Assembly (NCBI GenBank): GCA_964016885.1
Contig: OZ024743.1
Location: 217,124,001-217,188,000, forward strand
Direction: 5' to 3'
Source: Eledone cirrhosa
Taxonomy: Eukaryota
Length of the DNA stretch: 64,000 nucleotides
Part shown: positions 12,834 to 26,269 of the stretch, in pieces
How the letters are laid out: every line of letters begins with the position of its first letter
Numbering within the stretch: the first letter of the stretch is position 1
Notes under the pieces: model-generated
Database searches by the model: none
What the model saw: only the letters and a program-made list of their open reading frames with translations
What the model was told of the DNA's origin: nothing
Program-made: the position numbers and the translations under genes

Positions 12834-15800
12834 ATATATATATGTATATGTATGTATGTATATTTATATTTATATTTGTATGTATCTGTGTATGTGTTTA
12901 TGTTTGCGTATGTATCTGATCATCTTGAAATATACTTGCAAGGCAATGAATGTGCAATTATTCACTAGTTGTTTCCCTCTTGTCATTTATTGTTGTATAC
13001 TGTGTTAAACCTAAATACAAATGTCATGAATTGAGCAAGATATTGGATATTACTTATTTGAATCCTTTGTATTGAATGTGTCTTTAATATGGACGGAATC
13101 ACTTTATACTGTTGAAGACATTTGTATGGTGATTTATATTGCATTTAACTCTTGCACATTAGCTGCTTGCAATGTAAGGTGTAGCTCGTGATCAAACAAA
13201 AATCGCACTGACATGATCAGCGAATTCCGTTTCGAAATTAAGTATTCTTTGATAAGAAGGCGATCTGGTAACGTTGCTGCTATGTCGGAGAGAATTTACT
13301 GCGTCATATTTCCACCGTGGTCAACAGAAACCTTCATCATTTCGATCTCGATAATACACCTTATTCCCTTCATCTTTCAACCTCTCTCTCTCTCCCTCTC
13401 ATCCCTCCTTGAAGTGATTAGCTATGTTTAGATTTGAAGATTGAAGGGGCCTACTGGGGTTAAACACAGTCACGAATCACTCTCATGAAGCCGTTACTTC
13501 TACATCTATTCTTAGATCATATAGAAATTAGTAACATATCTAGATGAAACCTGGCATTAGAATTGAATAGTATTCCCACAATAAAATAAAACACAACCGC
13601 TAACAGTTGATTTGAACTCATACCACGCCCATTCTTGTTGCGTTATTCTTGGCAATTATTGATATTTATTTCGTTGTCCAACTATTCTTGTTCCTTTGTT
13701 CTGTTAGTTTATCACAATAATGATTTTCTACAATCATACGTTCGTTAATTCGTTATTCGCCAGATTTTATTGTTTATCTACTCGAAATAATGATTAACAA
13801 AAATAATAGCCAGTCGTTATTTTCATTTTCACTATTCTACTTAGAGAATACTACTAACATTTTCAGCAAAGGAATAATAAAGATGTCCTTGAACTAATTG
13901 TAACTGATACCATAATGCTGCTTATAATTCAAGTTATTATCGTCAGTAAAATACAGTGATTACTGATGTGAGCTGGTTTTTACGTTTGCTGAAAACGTTA
14001 CGCTATATTTAATATCATTGTTTCGTATGTTTTGATAATATTTCAGATTTATTGAAGACAGAAACCTATTTATCAATAGTTATTAGGATGATATTTAAAT
14101 TCCTACTTTTCATGGTGATGGCCTTTCGTTAATTTATATATTTTAAGAAGTGGGCATTTCAGAACAAGACTCGTGTGTTACTGGGTAGGTGTACAAGAAT
14201 GAGCGTATATATACACACGCACACATATGAGCTTGGTCAACCTTATACACGTACATATACATACCCATACAGGCACACTCACAAATGATATAGAGGGAGA
14301 ACGACAGTGACATATGCGTACCAGTCTTGGTATAGTTCAAGAGACCATAAGAGACTACAATGCGTCACTTAGGGTGCTACTCGGAATGCCTATGGTAACA
14401 CCGGTTATAAATAGATGAAGGTAGTGCAAAATGAATTTAGTTTAACCACAATGCCTTTGAGGCATATTTTCAGATAGAGTTATATTTAAGAACATACACA
14501 TTTTGTTCTGAGTATATTAACATATTGTTTACGTTTAGTCTGAATAAAATAAGATTCAAATTGCTATAATATTCTAAATGCATAACATTTCTAAATGTCT
14601 CTTGCTCTTAAATTTCATTTCTAATGTCAAATGTCTATGGATACATTATATAGTATAATTCACATCGAGGAAAATGTTTAGTTATTCAAATAATTTCATA
14701 AAACACCGAGTAAAACTAAATATCAAAACGTTAAGCTGTTTCAAAATAATTGGAATAGAGATAGGTAGTCTCGCATAAATGGCTGTGCAAATAAATAATG
14801 ATAGTATTAAATATAACAACATTCAGACACCAGGCATTTGGCAACCAAATGCTGCGTTTGGCGTACAAAAGTAGCATTTGGCACACAAAAATACAACATT
14901 TGGCACATGGTCAGTAGGCTTATCCTTAGGCCCCATAAGTTACCACCATAAGTTTTCATTTTCAAATTACGACATTCATATAAATAAAAATGATTTATTA
15001 TCGTCAGATAGTAATAGAGGCGCAAGTTGCCTACTGGGTGTTTTATAGGCAAGCAAATAATATATGCCATATTTGTTTTACTTTTTGCTAAAGCCTCGAA
15101 TTCCATTGTGACCCCAAATAAATAGATTAAATGAAATAACTATTTGAACATATTTTATGGCACTACATTGCCAGATATTTGAAAGATACTTCTGCCTGAT
15201 TTTATATGGCGTTTTATTTTATTCGTTTTATTTTTGGTTTCATGTCTTAGTCATAAGTATAAAAGGAAAGATGGAATATATTAATTCTGCAATCGATGTT
15301 TTCGGGGTTCCAAATATCTACTTAGGTTTCATCTTTCTGTAATATTTAAATAAGAACTGCTAATATTTCTATATATATCTATACACATGGAAATTATAAT
15401 ACAATTGTGGATAGCAAATTGCAGATTAGTCGAACCCTAGCTTTCGATTGGTACATATTGTATCAATCTTGGATCTCTCCAGCGGCAATATGTGTTCAGG
15501 ACGTAACGAAAGCTAATAGAAAATCGACAGAAATATTAAGTCATGCACTTTACCATATATGACGATTGTATAAGAAATAAAAGAAAACGAAAACAAGAAC
15601 AAAATACATTCAATTACTTTAAAAGAAATGTGATACATTCTACTGGTTTCTAATAAAGGCAAACAAACTGGCAAATCTGGGGAGGGATGCGGCAGCTACT
15701 GTCAATTATATCTGCACCAGTACACTATTCCTATGATCTCTGAAGGATGAAAAAGCAAAGCTAGCCTCAGCAATATTTGAACATAAAAATTGATGCACGC

Positions 15801-16143
15801 ACACACATATATATATATATATGTGTGTGTGTAGTGTGTGTGTGTGTGTGTGTGTGAGTGTGTGTGCATGTATATATATACGCATATATAATATATATGA
15901 ATTTAATGTTGAGCAGATGTTATATAATCGTATCTGTTGGATAATACGCATTTCTCGGAAACCATCAGATGTTAACACAATTATGTGAATGTTTTGATAT
16001 GTCACAGGCAAATATGGCAGCATCACAGTAATTAACAATATATATTTGGAGAGTACTATTGATGTAGACGAACCGATAATCGTTACTATGTCGTACATAG
16101 GACAATCCGTGCCCTTACGTATGCGTCAAACTACTTATGCATA

Positions 16144-16198
<55 letters not shown>

Positions 16199-16207
16199 TA
16201 TATAGAA

Positions 16208-16260
16208 AAGCTTCTACAGGACTAGAACTGTTTCATTCGTGAGAAATCATCAGGAAGCTT
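16208..16260 (-). ncRNA. Type I hammerhead ribozyme (family B, minus copy)
   Basis: AAGCTTC CTGATGA tTTC-tcac-GAAt GAAA CAG-ttctagtc-CTG TA GAAGCTT. 7-bp stem I, GUA site. Confidence 0.82.
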
Positions 16261-16307
16261 CCTGATGATTTCTCCCGAATGAAACAGTTCTAATCCTGTA
16301 AAAGCTT
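16255..16307 (+). ncRNA. Type I hammerhead ribozyme (family B, plus copy)
   Basis: AAGCTTC CTGATGA tTTC-tccc-GAAt GAAA CAG-ttctaatc-CTG TA aAAGCTT. One mismatch at the base of stem I. Confidence 0.75.
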
Positions 16308-16651
16308 ATCTATATTAAAACATTTATACTCTGCTATGTATTGAGTACCTTACTTACTGAGGTTACCCCCGATTCAACCAGGTATTTATATATAGATATA
16401 TATAATATATGTATAAAGAGCAATAGGAATATAAGTTGAAATTTGAGTATTTCATCTTTGATTTCTGTTCATATCCCTGCACATTGTAAATTCACTGAAC
16501 TTTAGATTCTGGTTAAAAGGTCTTAGAAAAATAGATGCAATCCTCGGATAATTAAGTGAAATACACAGTAGTTGTTATTTCATTTGCTTCTTTAATATGG
16601 GGTAATAATCCACTATTAATAATAAACATAATTAAACATTCTTCGAAATGC

Positions 16652-16885
<234 letters not shown>

Positions 16886-16934
16886 AAATAAAGTTAAATA
16901 AAAGTCAAGTGATTAAAATTTAGCTTCGTTTATT

Positions 16935-16989
16935 ACTGCTATATATATTTCAGTGACAGCCATCTTTGGCTGTGACCTCTTCAGGCAGT
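16935..16989 (-). ncRNA. Minimal type I hammerhead ribozyme (family C, minus copy)
   Basis: Exact reverse complement of 17220-17274. Confidence 0.78.
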
Positions 16990-17219
16990 TTGAATTAGTA
17001 TGGTATAGACAAGTACATATGTTGTTTAGGTGTATAATATTGTCAATACTCTGATATGCCCAGTTCCTTGTTGGGTTGTTAATTCACTGAGGAACTGGAG
17101 TCATATGGCTCCAGTTCCTCAGTGAATTAACAACCCAACAAGGAACTGGGCATATCAGAGTATTGACAATATTATACACCTAAACAACATATGTACTTGT
17201 CTATACCATACTAATTCAA

Positions 17220-17274
17220 ACTGCCTGAAGAGGTCACAGCCAAAGATGGCTGTCACTGAAATATATATAGCAGT
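17220..17274 (+). ncRNA. Minimal type I hammerhead ribozyme (family C, plus copy)
   Basis: ACTGC CTGAAGA GGTcACAGCCA-aaga-TGGCTGTcACT GAAA T-ATAT-A TA GCAGT. Palindromic loop 3, AUA site. Confidence 0.78.
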
Positions 17275-17419
17275 AATAAACGAAGCTAAATTTTAATCAT
17301 TTGACTTTTATTTAACTTTATTTTACACTACTCCGGAGTAACCAAACCAACCTGCGCAGTTCGTCGAGTGCTCCAGCCTGCATACTGAGGTGTTGGTATA
17401 CAACCAACATAAACTCAAA

Positions 17420-17494
<75 letters not shown>

Positions 17495-17498
<4 letters not shown>

Positions 17499-17906
17499 GA
17501 GGAAGTTGTAGTTTACTTGAAGCATTTCGTAATGAGGTATAAACGTTTGGAGTTGGAAGGCCAATACAATGCAGGTATGGGTATAGAATATAAATGCAAA
17601 TTCAAAAGATATTGTTGACAATTAGTCTTTTACCTGAAATTTATTTAAATATTCTTAATTTTCGAGATAATATCTCTTCTTCGGAGGGAAGTAAAGGGGT
17701 TAATCCAGTGTTCTAATTAGCTTGCCAAGTCATGCTCACAACACTGGTTTAACCCCTTTACTTCCCCCCGAAGAAGAGATATTATCTCGAAAATTAAAGA
17801 TATGTAAATAAATTTAAGGTAAAAGACTAATTGTCAACAATATATTTTGGATTAGCATTTATATTCTATATCCATACCTGGATTTTTTGGCCTTCCAACT
17901 CCAAAC

Positions 17907-17913
<7 letters not shown>
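17495..17913 (-). mobile_element. Bipolar (TA)n-inserted element, family D, with hammerhead-like motif
   Basis: ~175-bp diverged inverted arms (17538-17712 and 17739-17913), 26-bp spacer, ~45-nt tail on the left. Both arms carry CCGAAGA-A-GAGAT-att-ATCTC-GAAA. Confidence 0.7.
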
Positions 17914-17976
<63 letters not shown>

Positions 17977-18069
17977 GTGTGTGTGCGTGTGTTTGTATCT
18001 ATGTATGCATGTATATGAAAACATATAAATGTATATAATACATATAAAATAAACATATGGCTAGCCTCT

Positions 18070-18186
<117 letters not shown>

Positions 18187-18960
18187 TATGTATGTATGTA
18201 TTTACATAAGCGCAAAAGGTAGAAACAGCTCAACAAAAAATCCGCCGGACCGCAAAATGTACACAATATGCAAGAGAGACATTGTTAATAGAAATGATAT
18301 CAATAGCTACCACTGAAACGATATTAAAAATAGATTATAAAATAGCATAGCATCAATAGGAAAACCATAAACGGAAAATCAAACAAACAAACAAACAACA
18401 TTAATTTCCTTTAAAGTTTCACCTTTATACCAATCCACCTAAACCAAAAAGACATTCCATTTTGTATAAACTATATTAAGCTCTGACTCAAGGTAAGCTA
18501 TTCTTAATTATTATTTTGCACCCATGTACTTTGCATGAAACACACCATCATATTTCCTTCCTCCCTACTTCACGTTAACTCATTTAATCTCCATGCTTGC
18601 CTTACCGTCTTCTATTACCGTAATTGTTAGGAACTAAAGTTACTGATAACGCAGTGGGTTCCCAGTCGATTTATGAGTAACCAGCATAACCTATTACTAA
18701 TTAAAATTGTATGTTTCAAAACTATTTTGGAAAGTCAATTTGATTTCACTGAATCTTCCTTCTTGCCTTTCTACATTCACGCTTTTTCTCACGTACACCG
18801 ACAAACATATTCATAAAGGTATATGTGATTCATTGAATAACTGTTGGGAGTACCAATATGAGCACTCCATGCGCAGGCATATTTTAAATACAATGACAGA
18901 GGAAGAAGTTTCGTTTACACGTATTTAGTAGGGTTTCTTTGTGTATCTATAGTATGAGTG

Positions 18961-19007
<47 letters not shown>

Positions 19008-19008
19008 C

Positions 19009-19309
19009 ACAATATATTAACAAATGGAAACTATATTTATAAAACCATATTTATTTCATTATACATATTTCAAGGACACCAAATCAAATTATGGTGCGCT
19101 TTCATCAGATAAAATATAATATAGATCAGTTTTATAAATAAATATTGATATACCCTTGAAATATGTATAGTGAAAGAAATATGGTTTTATAAATATAGTT
19201 TCCATTTGTTAATATATTGTATTTTTAATCCAAAAATTTGTTGAGTGCTTTATATCAGTTATAAATATAGTTGGTTGTTGTATCCCAACAAATTAAATAT
19301 CACTTCTAC
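19009..19309 (+). mobile_element. Non-coding bipolar hammerhead element, family E
   Basis: Inverted arms 19009-19075 and 19154-19220, ~90-nt tail, (TA)n on both sides. Confidence 0.78.
19053..19115 (-). ncRNA. Minimal type I hammerhead ribozyme (family E)
   Basis: ATTTTAT CTGATGA AAGcGCACCA-taatttgatt-TGGTGTcCTT GAAA T-ATGT-A TA ATGAAAT. 7-bp stem I with one G-U pair. Confidence 0.75.
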
Positions 19310-19517
19310 ATATATATATATATATATATATATTTAGATAGAGAGAGAGAGAGGTGGGGAGAGAGAAAGTGGGTGATGTAGCCACTAGCTTCGATATACC
19401 GATGACTATCAATCAACTCTCTGAAACGATCGTAAAGCGATGAACTAATTAAGTAATTATCTCTGACTTTTGATTTATTTTCAGCGTACAATACATATCA
19501 GACACACACACATCCAG

Positions 19518-19576
<59 letters not shown>

Positions 19577-19579
<3 letters not shown>

Positions 19580-21516
19580 TGGGGTAGCTAGGGTAAACGC
19601 CGCCCAGGACAAGCATCAAAATTGCCCCCCCCCCTCCCTCTATCAAAAAGTCAAAATCCACAAAGACGAAATTGCGGGACAAATTATAATAAAAAAACAA
19701 AAAAACCGTTACAACTTGATTTTTCGGGCTTTTAATGAGGCAGACTAGTTGATAATTTCCTCGAAATCAGTTCGTTCAAACTCTTCGATTTCTACACTCA
19801 AAAGGGCGAGGTCAGTCAGCCGTTGTTGGCCCATTGAGGTTCGCAAATACGAATGTATTAGCTTCAGCTGGCTGAAAGACATCTCGTAACTGGCAATTGA
19901 AATAGAAATCGTCAATATTATTTGAATGTGGATTCGCAAATTGGGAAAAACACATTCATCGCCGTATCGTATGATTCAATTGGAGAAGTGCCTCTGGCTT
20001 TAATATAGGGTCAGCTGTCCTAGTAGCCAGCAAAGATCGGCAGTCCAAGATTTCCTCATACAATTGCTCTCCGTCGATGTCGGAGTTGTATAGTTCCACA
20101 AGACTGTTTAAGGACAAGGTTATCAGGAGCAGTCAAATAAAACAGATAGTTGACATCAAGAAGAAAGCCAAAACTTGAGTCGGTTTCCTTAAGTCGAATA
20201 AACCGTTCTTCCATTTCTGTTTCAAGGCGATTGAGTGAACTTTGCATTGCTCTCTCTATCTCTTTTCTGGCAGCCACCTCGACGTGCTCATTAATTTCGG
20301 TATTGGTTTGTCGTCTTCCTCGCCTCCTCGGAAAATCGACATTCCATTTCTGACAGAGGTCGAAGCCCATTTCAAGAGACTCGTGGATTAAGGATGTTCC
20401 TTCTTCTTTAAAATAAAGTTGAAGGGCTCCTATAACAGCTGCAGCATCGTGAAAATTCCTTCTTGTATCTTGAAGTCTCTTTTGAACCCGGTCAGGTCGT
20501 GAGAGAATCGTGTTCAAGAATCCAATCAAGTTAAGGAATTCATAACTCAGTATCCGATTATGGAGATTACTGGCATCACTTCTACTGTCGCATGTCTCTG
20601 TTTCATCATCACTAATTTTTTCGAGAACTTGAACAATCAGCGTCAAATAATTCGCCACCGGTCTGACTGCGGTACATCTAGCACTCCACCGCGTGTCGGA
20701 AGGATATTTAACAACCACTGGAGCAACTACTTTAAGGGCTTCCCATCGTCGTGTTGAACGAGAAAAAAGTTCATCATAGCAGAATCGTTTTTGGCTGCAT
20801 GAAGACCAGCCAGATTAAGTGAATGGGTATCGCAATTAACGAAGTGAATCAAATTATTCTTCTCTCTCATTCTCTGCTGAACCCCACTGCGGTGCCCAGC
20901 CGTTATGGCAGCATTGTCGTAGCCCTGCGATCGACAGTTCTGCAGTGGTAGGTCATTTGTTTTCTAGCTCTTTCACGATTGTTTCAACAAGGCTTGCGGC
21001 ATCTTTTTTGATTACTTGAATGAATCCAAGAAAAGATTCCCTCTCAACGACCGACTTCATATTGAAATCAACATCAACATATCGCACATCTTTTGACAGT
21101 TGTTCTCGGTGAACCTGGTCAGGGGTCGGATCAATAAGCAGACCATAGTATCTTGCTTTTTGGATACGATTTAGTAAATTCTGACGAGCTGTATTTTGTG
21201 AGATCAAGTGAGGTATCCGCTGTTTTGCAATGTATAGCTAAAAATAGCGCCCACATAATTACAACCCACCCTGCTGTCAGTGTGTGTGTGTGTGGAGGGG
21301 GGGGGGTTAAAGTCAAATAAGACATCTGCTCTGTCTAGTGCACTAGACATGGCGTGGAAGTCGGCTATCAAGAAATCACATGCTTCATTGTTGGCTTATA
21401 TCCTTAAAAATGATAAAAACGACATGGATGTAAATCGATCTAGATCGAAATTGCGCCCCCCTAAATATGGCGCCCGTGGCAAGTACCCTGCTTGCCACAC
21501 CCTAGCTACGCCACTG
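19577..21516 (-). mobile_element. hAT DNA transposon (Tip100/ZMYM1-like), internally deleted
   Basis: 18-bp TIRs CAGTGG(G/C)GTAGCTAGGGT match at 17/18 (19577-19594 and 21499-21516). Inserted in (TA)n, so the TSD cannot be distinguished. Confidence 0.93.
19720..21207 (-). pseudogene. hAT transposase pseudogene
   Basis: Motifs YYGLLIDPTPD, SQGYDNAA, NCDTHSLNL, SDTRWS, and C-terminal dimerization SFSQLKLIHSYLRTSMGQQRLTDLALLSVE. Frameshifts and stops; N-terminus missing. Confidence 0.92.
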
Positions 21517-21554
<38 letters not shown>

Positions 21555-21849
21555 CACATACATATGTATAGTGAACATGATTATGTACATTTCTGCTGGT
21601 GGTAACATTGTGAGCAATCGATGCACAAGCACCGTGTATATACAAGTATATACAAATGAAAACAACGAAGTTTCGTTTACAAATATTTAGGTTATAAATG
21701 TGTATAATAAAACATTACTAGTATTAAATATGGTACAGTTTCGAAGCCACGGAAAGAAAGTTATTGTTAAACAGTTAATATGACAAAGTTTTAAAAAAAT
21801 AATAAATTTCTTGTACCAGATCCACAAAAACCTTACTCAAATAAATGAA

Positions 21850-21920
21850 TGGTGCTTTATTTTATCGACCCCATAAGGATGAAAGACAAAGTTAACCACG
21901 GCGGGATTGAACTCAGACCA
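21850..21920 (-). mobile_element. SINE family 2 fragment
   Basis: Reverse complement of the CTGAGTTCAAATCCCGCC..TTTCATCCTT..GGGGTCGATAAAATAAAG core seen at 52.7 and 54.3 kb. Confidence 0.75.
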
Positions 21921-23632
21921 TGAAAATAATGCAAAATATTGATAGCAGTGAGCTAAGAAAAAAAAAACGACAATGCTGTTGTAGACCGATCGATTTCATC
22001 TAACTTTGATTCAGTGACATGTTATTTCAAAATAGAGAATTACGTGTCTTGTATTTGAAAATTAAATCTAGCATTTTTTGTTATGGCGAAGAGATTTCAG
22101 GAGCTACTAACTTTAAGAAAATTACATGAAAGAACAAACTTAAAAAGAGAAAATAAAACATAAAGAAAGAAATTCTGAAAATAGTACTAAATGAAAACGG
22201 GACAATTTTCAAATGTTAAATTGAAATAGAAGGGGGAAAAACATGGAATGAATAATCGTATATATCCTAGCATTTTCAAATAAAGTGTATGAGTGAATTT
22301 TAAATAGACAATGCGTAGAAGATATCCACTGGTTAAGAAATAACAAGTTTACGCCATCATGGCGGCAAATATATGTAAAAGAATTGTTTAAGACTTTATA
22401 TAATTTTTTTTTTTCAAGTTTGAATGTACGTCAAATGCGCTTATCACATTTTCACTCTCTAAATTTTAGTTTTTGATTCTTTTCACACACCCTGATGCAC
22501 ATACAGAGATATACACGCACCTTAATCCTTTTAGACATGTATTGTTTTCAGTCACTTGCTCTTCAGCAATTTTTCTCACTGAAAAACCGTTCGTGTAACA
22601 TGTGCTGGATTATATGTCAATAGTATCACCCATAAGTCACCTTATGAATGACACCATTATAGGGTCAACGGATATCTAACAATGATAGGTAGACTGGTGC
22701 ACTTTTTCCGGTATTGGGAACCTTCTGTAGGAGAAATTCATTCTGTAAAAATTAACCATGGAACCTTTTACAATACACAATTGTCTTTATTTCCTTTGCT
22801 TTTTGCTTATTTTAAATATGTCCACGTTTTAATTGTTGTGGAAGACATTTAGTACATGGTGGATACTGTTATCTTATCTGAGATCGATGTAGATTGCTAC
22901 GATGAATGTACTGAAATAAATTGTGGCAAGTGTATAACATAAAAATAACAGTAGTCGGATGGGAAATGAAATAATCTAAGAGTTTGTAAAATATTTTCAG
23001 ACTGCGTTAAGTATCATCTGACAAAAGGTAATGTTCACACGGAAAATATCTTCTATATGGCATCATGGAGAATAACATACACACAATGATTTCACGGATT
23101 CTCCACAAAATTAAACAGGAATAATTGAAACTAGAGGCAATAAAAATAATGTGAAAGAATAGTATATAACATTGAAGCTGCGACGTCAGGCGGCTACTGA
23201 GATAGCTGTGATACGATCACAACTTAAGTGACACATTAAGAGATTTTTGTATGTTTATTACAAATAAACGTATCGTATATGCATCTATATATGCCTCTGT
23301 TCTGTGCCGCACTAGCTGAGAGCCACACACACATACACACATAGAGACCCCCCCCCCCACACACTCACACACAACATACATATATATAATCGCTTCTCGA
23401 CTTTGAAAGAACATGTCAGCCAATCATGAATTATGTATCAAATGGTACATTCCTGTCAGTTGTCTCAAGAGATACGAACTTGTACACAACATCAATTGTC
23501 GGAATTTTGCATTAAAATTCATCGGCTAAACTTAAACGGGGTCCTCGCGTTGCTGATCCCTAATCAGCGATGCCCATGTTCATTACATAGTCAATTTCGA
23601 TCGTTCTCTCTTTTTCTGACACACACACACGC

Positions 23633-23679
<47 letters not shown>

Positions 23680-23702
23680 CTCTCTCTCCCTCTCTCTCTC
23701 TC

Positions 23703-23741
<39 letters not shown>

Positions 23742-24993
23742 ATATTAATATATAATACTAATATTATATTAATATGTAATATGTAATATGTAATATTGGA
23801 AGGAAACATGGTCATAGTATAACGATTCCTTGCCTTATACTCTCCTTGATAACATGCCAAATTGATCATTCTTTTATAATGCACCTGTACATGGCTTGAA
23901 TCTAGAAGGTTCAAATTCTGTTTCACTCGGTATACACCTCTTACACTGATGCAAAAAATTCTCAATATTTATTCTCCTTGATCGTCTTTGATGCAGAATG
24001 TTACTTTCTTACATATATTCATTTTCGTTACGCTTATATGCTTGTTAAACACATTAACATATTATATAACCATTTAATGGGTCAGTAAATTTATGGGCAA
24101 CATTGTACTTGAATTAGAAACTATAATACCTTCATAGACATATACAATCATCTATTATCATCGTGAATCTCACACCCACAAGTTTATACATATAAGTATG
24201 CATGTATATGTGTATACTTGCATGACTTTTATTTTTGTTTTGTATACATATGCGCCTATGTTGTTTTATTTATCCTTTTCTTAAGGTTATGTGAATTCAA
24301 TTATAACTACATTTTGGAAAAATTCCAAATCATTCCCTTCCCAACCATTATTTTCTAAGCTCTAGTAAAAGAAGCTAGTTTTCACCGCAGCAAAAACCTA
24401 TTTATTATTTACTAACTCGGTTCAAACAAGTCGATACCAATATACAAAGGAGAAGAAGGCTTTCCATTGATCAGGTATTATGCTTTTTTAATGTATAGAA
24501 CACTTTTCCCGAATATTTGATTCAATCAATCCTTTATACAGCATACTACCACAATATATATTTTTTCAATTTTGTTTGTCGTGATTACGAATAATAAATT
24601 CAAATCATATTAACTTCACACTCTAACCTAAAGTTTAGCAATAGATGGTATTATTTCCCTGTTGGTTTCATTGTTATTTTGTTGATGCGAAACTATAAAA
24701 TATGATTTATGTTGACATAGAAGCTTACAAATACTAACAATGATATTGAAATAAAATGTCTAGATCTAGAAATGTAATATAGGGCTCACGCTTTTGAGAC
24801 TTCGATGTTAGATTGTATCAATGACAAATTAAATCCTCCTCTGTAAAAACATGATATTCTATACCGGAATATTCCCTTGTATTGCTATTCAACGAAGATT
24901 ACCTTTTTTTCTCTTTCTCAAAACTTCAAACGATCTAATGTTTGTACATTATTTCTTTGCCATACATTTCCTACATAAATATTTTTGGTTTAA

Positions 24994-25307
24994 ATCTTTG
25001 TGGAATTCCATTGACAATTACCCATGAATCCTTCTCTAGCGACAACTCGGTGCGTTCTGCTACCGGCTCAGGCTTGAATGCCCGCCAAGCCAAGGAGAGG
25101 AATCTTTCAAAGAATCGGCTACTTTCTGATAGGTTTGTGGTTGAGTCTATTGCAATGCAGACTTCCGGCGTTCTTGGCCTTTAGTCTTCTGTATGAACGG
25201 AGTTGGCTGTCCGCAGGATTGAGTCGTACGAGGTGGAGAGGCTGTTCAAGTGCATCTCCTTCGCCGAAATCTGGAGCAATGTCTTTCCAATCTTGTCGGT
25301 CGAGTGA
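24994..25307 (+). mobile_element. 3' fragment of a CRE-like non-LTR retrotransposon (restriction-like endonuclease C-terminus)
   Basis: One frame with stops: ..SATGSGLNARQAKERNLSKNRLLSDRFVVESIAMQTSGVLG*..EVERLFKCISFAEIWSNVFPIL. Resembles the RLE pattern AE.RK..KY..L..F.P.A.ET.G.LG ... LFQRIS.A..RGN (recalled, not aligned). Confidence 0.65.
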
Positions 25308-25624
25308 AAATATGGTAGCAGTCTTCAAATGGAAGATTTAATAATGCTGCCACACACACACAGCTAAACATTTTAATCTTGTTCATCAATTTCATTTTCT
25401 TTGCTTATTTCCTAAATTACATCTAGTATCCAGCAAACGTTGATCTATATGATCAATCGTGTATTAAGATTTCAACCCATATTAAGTGAGATTAACATCT
25501 TTATCAAGCATTGCTCGAGCTTTAGAGGCTGGCGGGGCATCCCGCCTATGACGTTTCCTTAAAAATTACTCTCTACAAAAGACAAACTTCAGTTGATGAA
25601 AGTCTTATGAGCAAAATTTTGGAG

Positions 25625-26200
25625 AATATCGTTTTCTTTCGGTCATTACCCAATATTCATGACAATATGTAAGGGTTGGCGTGAATGAATACCGAAAGAT
25701 AACGAGTTTCGTTTGTATACCTAGCTCCACTCTTCTGATTACCGAATGCTGAAGCTGACGTATTACTGCACCAGCTCCTGTAGTAGTTGCATATAATTCA
25801 GCCTCCTGCCTTCCATCAATCGTGAACACAGCCCCGAGTTACTTGAATATCTCCACCTGCTTCTGTGAAATTGCATTCAGATGTAGAGAGCAATGCGCAG
25901 CAGTGTCTTACTTTTCGTAGCACTGATTTTCATTCCATGTAGAACTCGGCATCAAATCTATCATGTGCTAATCGGATCACCTTCTGTCGAGTTAAGTAAT
26001 ACCACGCGGTCTGCAAATTCCAGCCGACTGATTTTACACATGCCAGTTGCGATGCCTCTTCCAACTTGGTTGCAAATATTAATCTGTTCTTAAAACTAAT
26101 GAGCACGAGAGATGACAGTACGCATCCTAGGCACAGTCTGTCTCTCCGCCACAGATACTTACCAGTCACCCCTCTCCACATCAATGATTTTGTCGAAGTG
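25625..26200 (-). mobile_element. Decayed RTE/Expander-like LINE RT fragment
   Basis: GCVLSSLV, FADRVV (FADD box) and QVEIFK*LGAVFTIDGRQEAE...TKLVIFRYSFTPTLTYCHEYWVMTER. Confidence 0.8.
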
Positions 26201-26269
26201 AATGGCTAAAGACTATAGAGCTTGCACCGGTGGTGTCGCAAATATTCTCTACTTCTAAGTGAACACGAA

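Larger units (their letters stand above)
16202..16386 (+). mobile_element. Non-coding bipolar hammerhead element, family B
   Basis: Palindrome 16202-16313 centred on AAGCTT, plus a ~70-nt tail. A second, truncated copy lies at 43328-43433. Confidence 0.8.

Noticed and set aside
23001-23027. Candidate 27-nt + strand microexon (TTTTCAG|...|GTAATG)
   Set aside because: Splice-like signals are frequent by chance in AT-rich DNA, and there is no recognisable protein.
24391-24474. Candidate 84-nt phase-0 exon (QKPIYYLLTRFKQVDTNIQRRRRLSIDQ)
   Set aside because: Open with AG/GT borders, but there is no recognisable homology or compatible neighbouring exons. RNA-seq needed.
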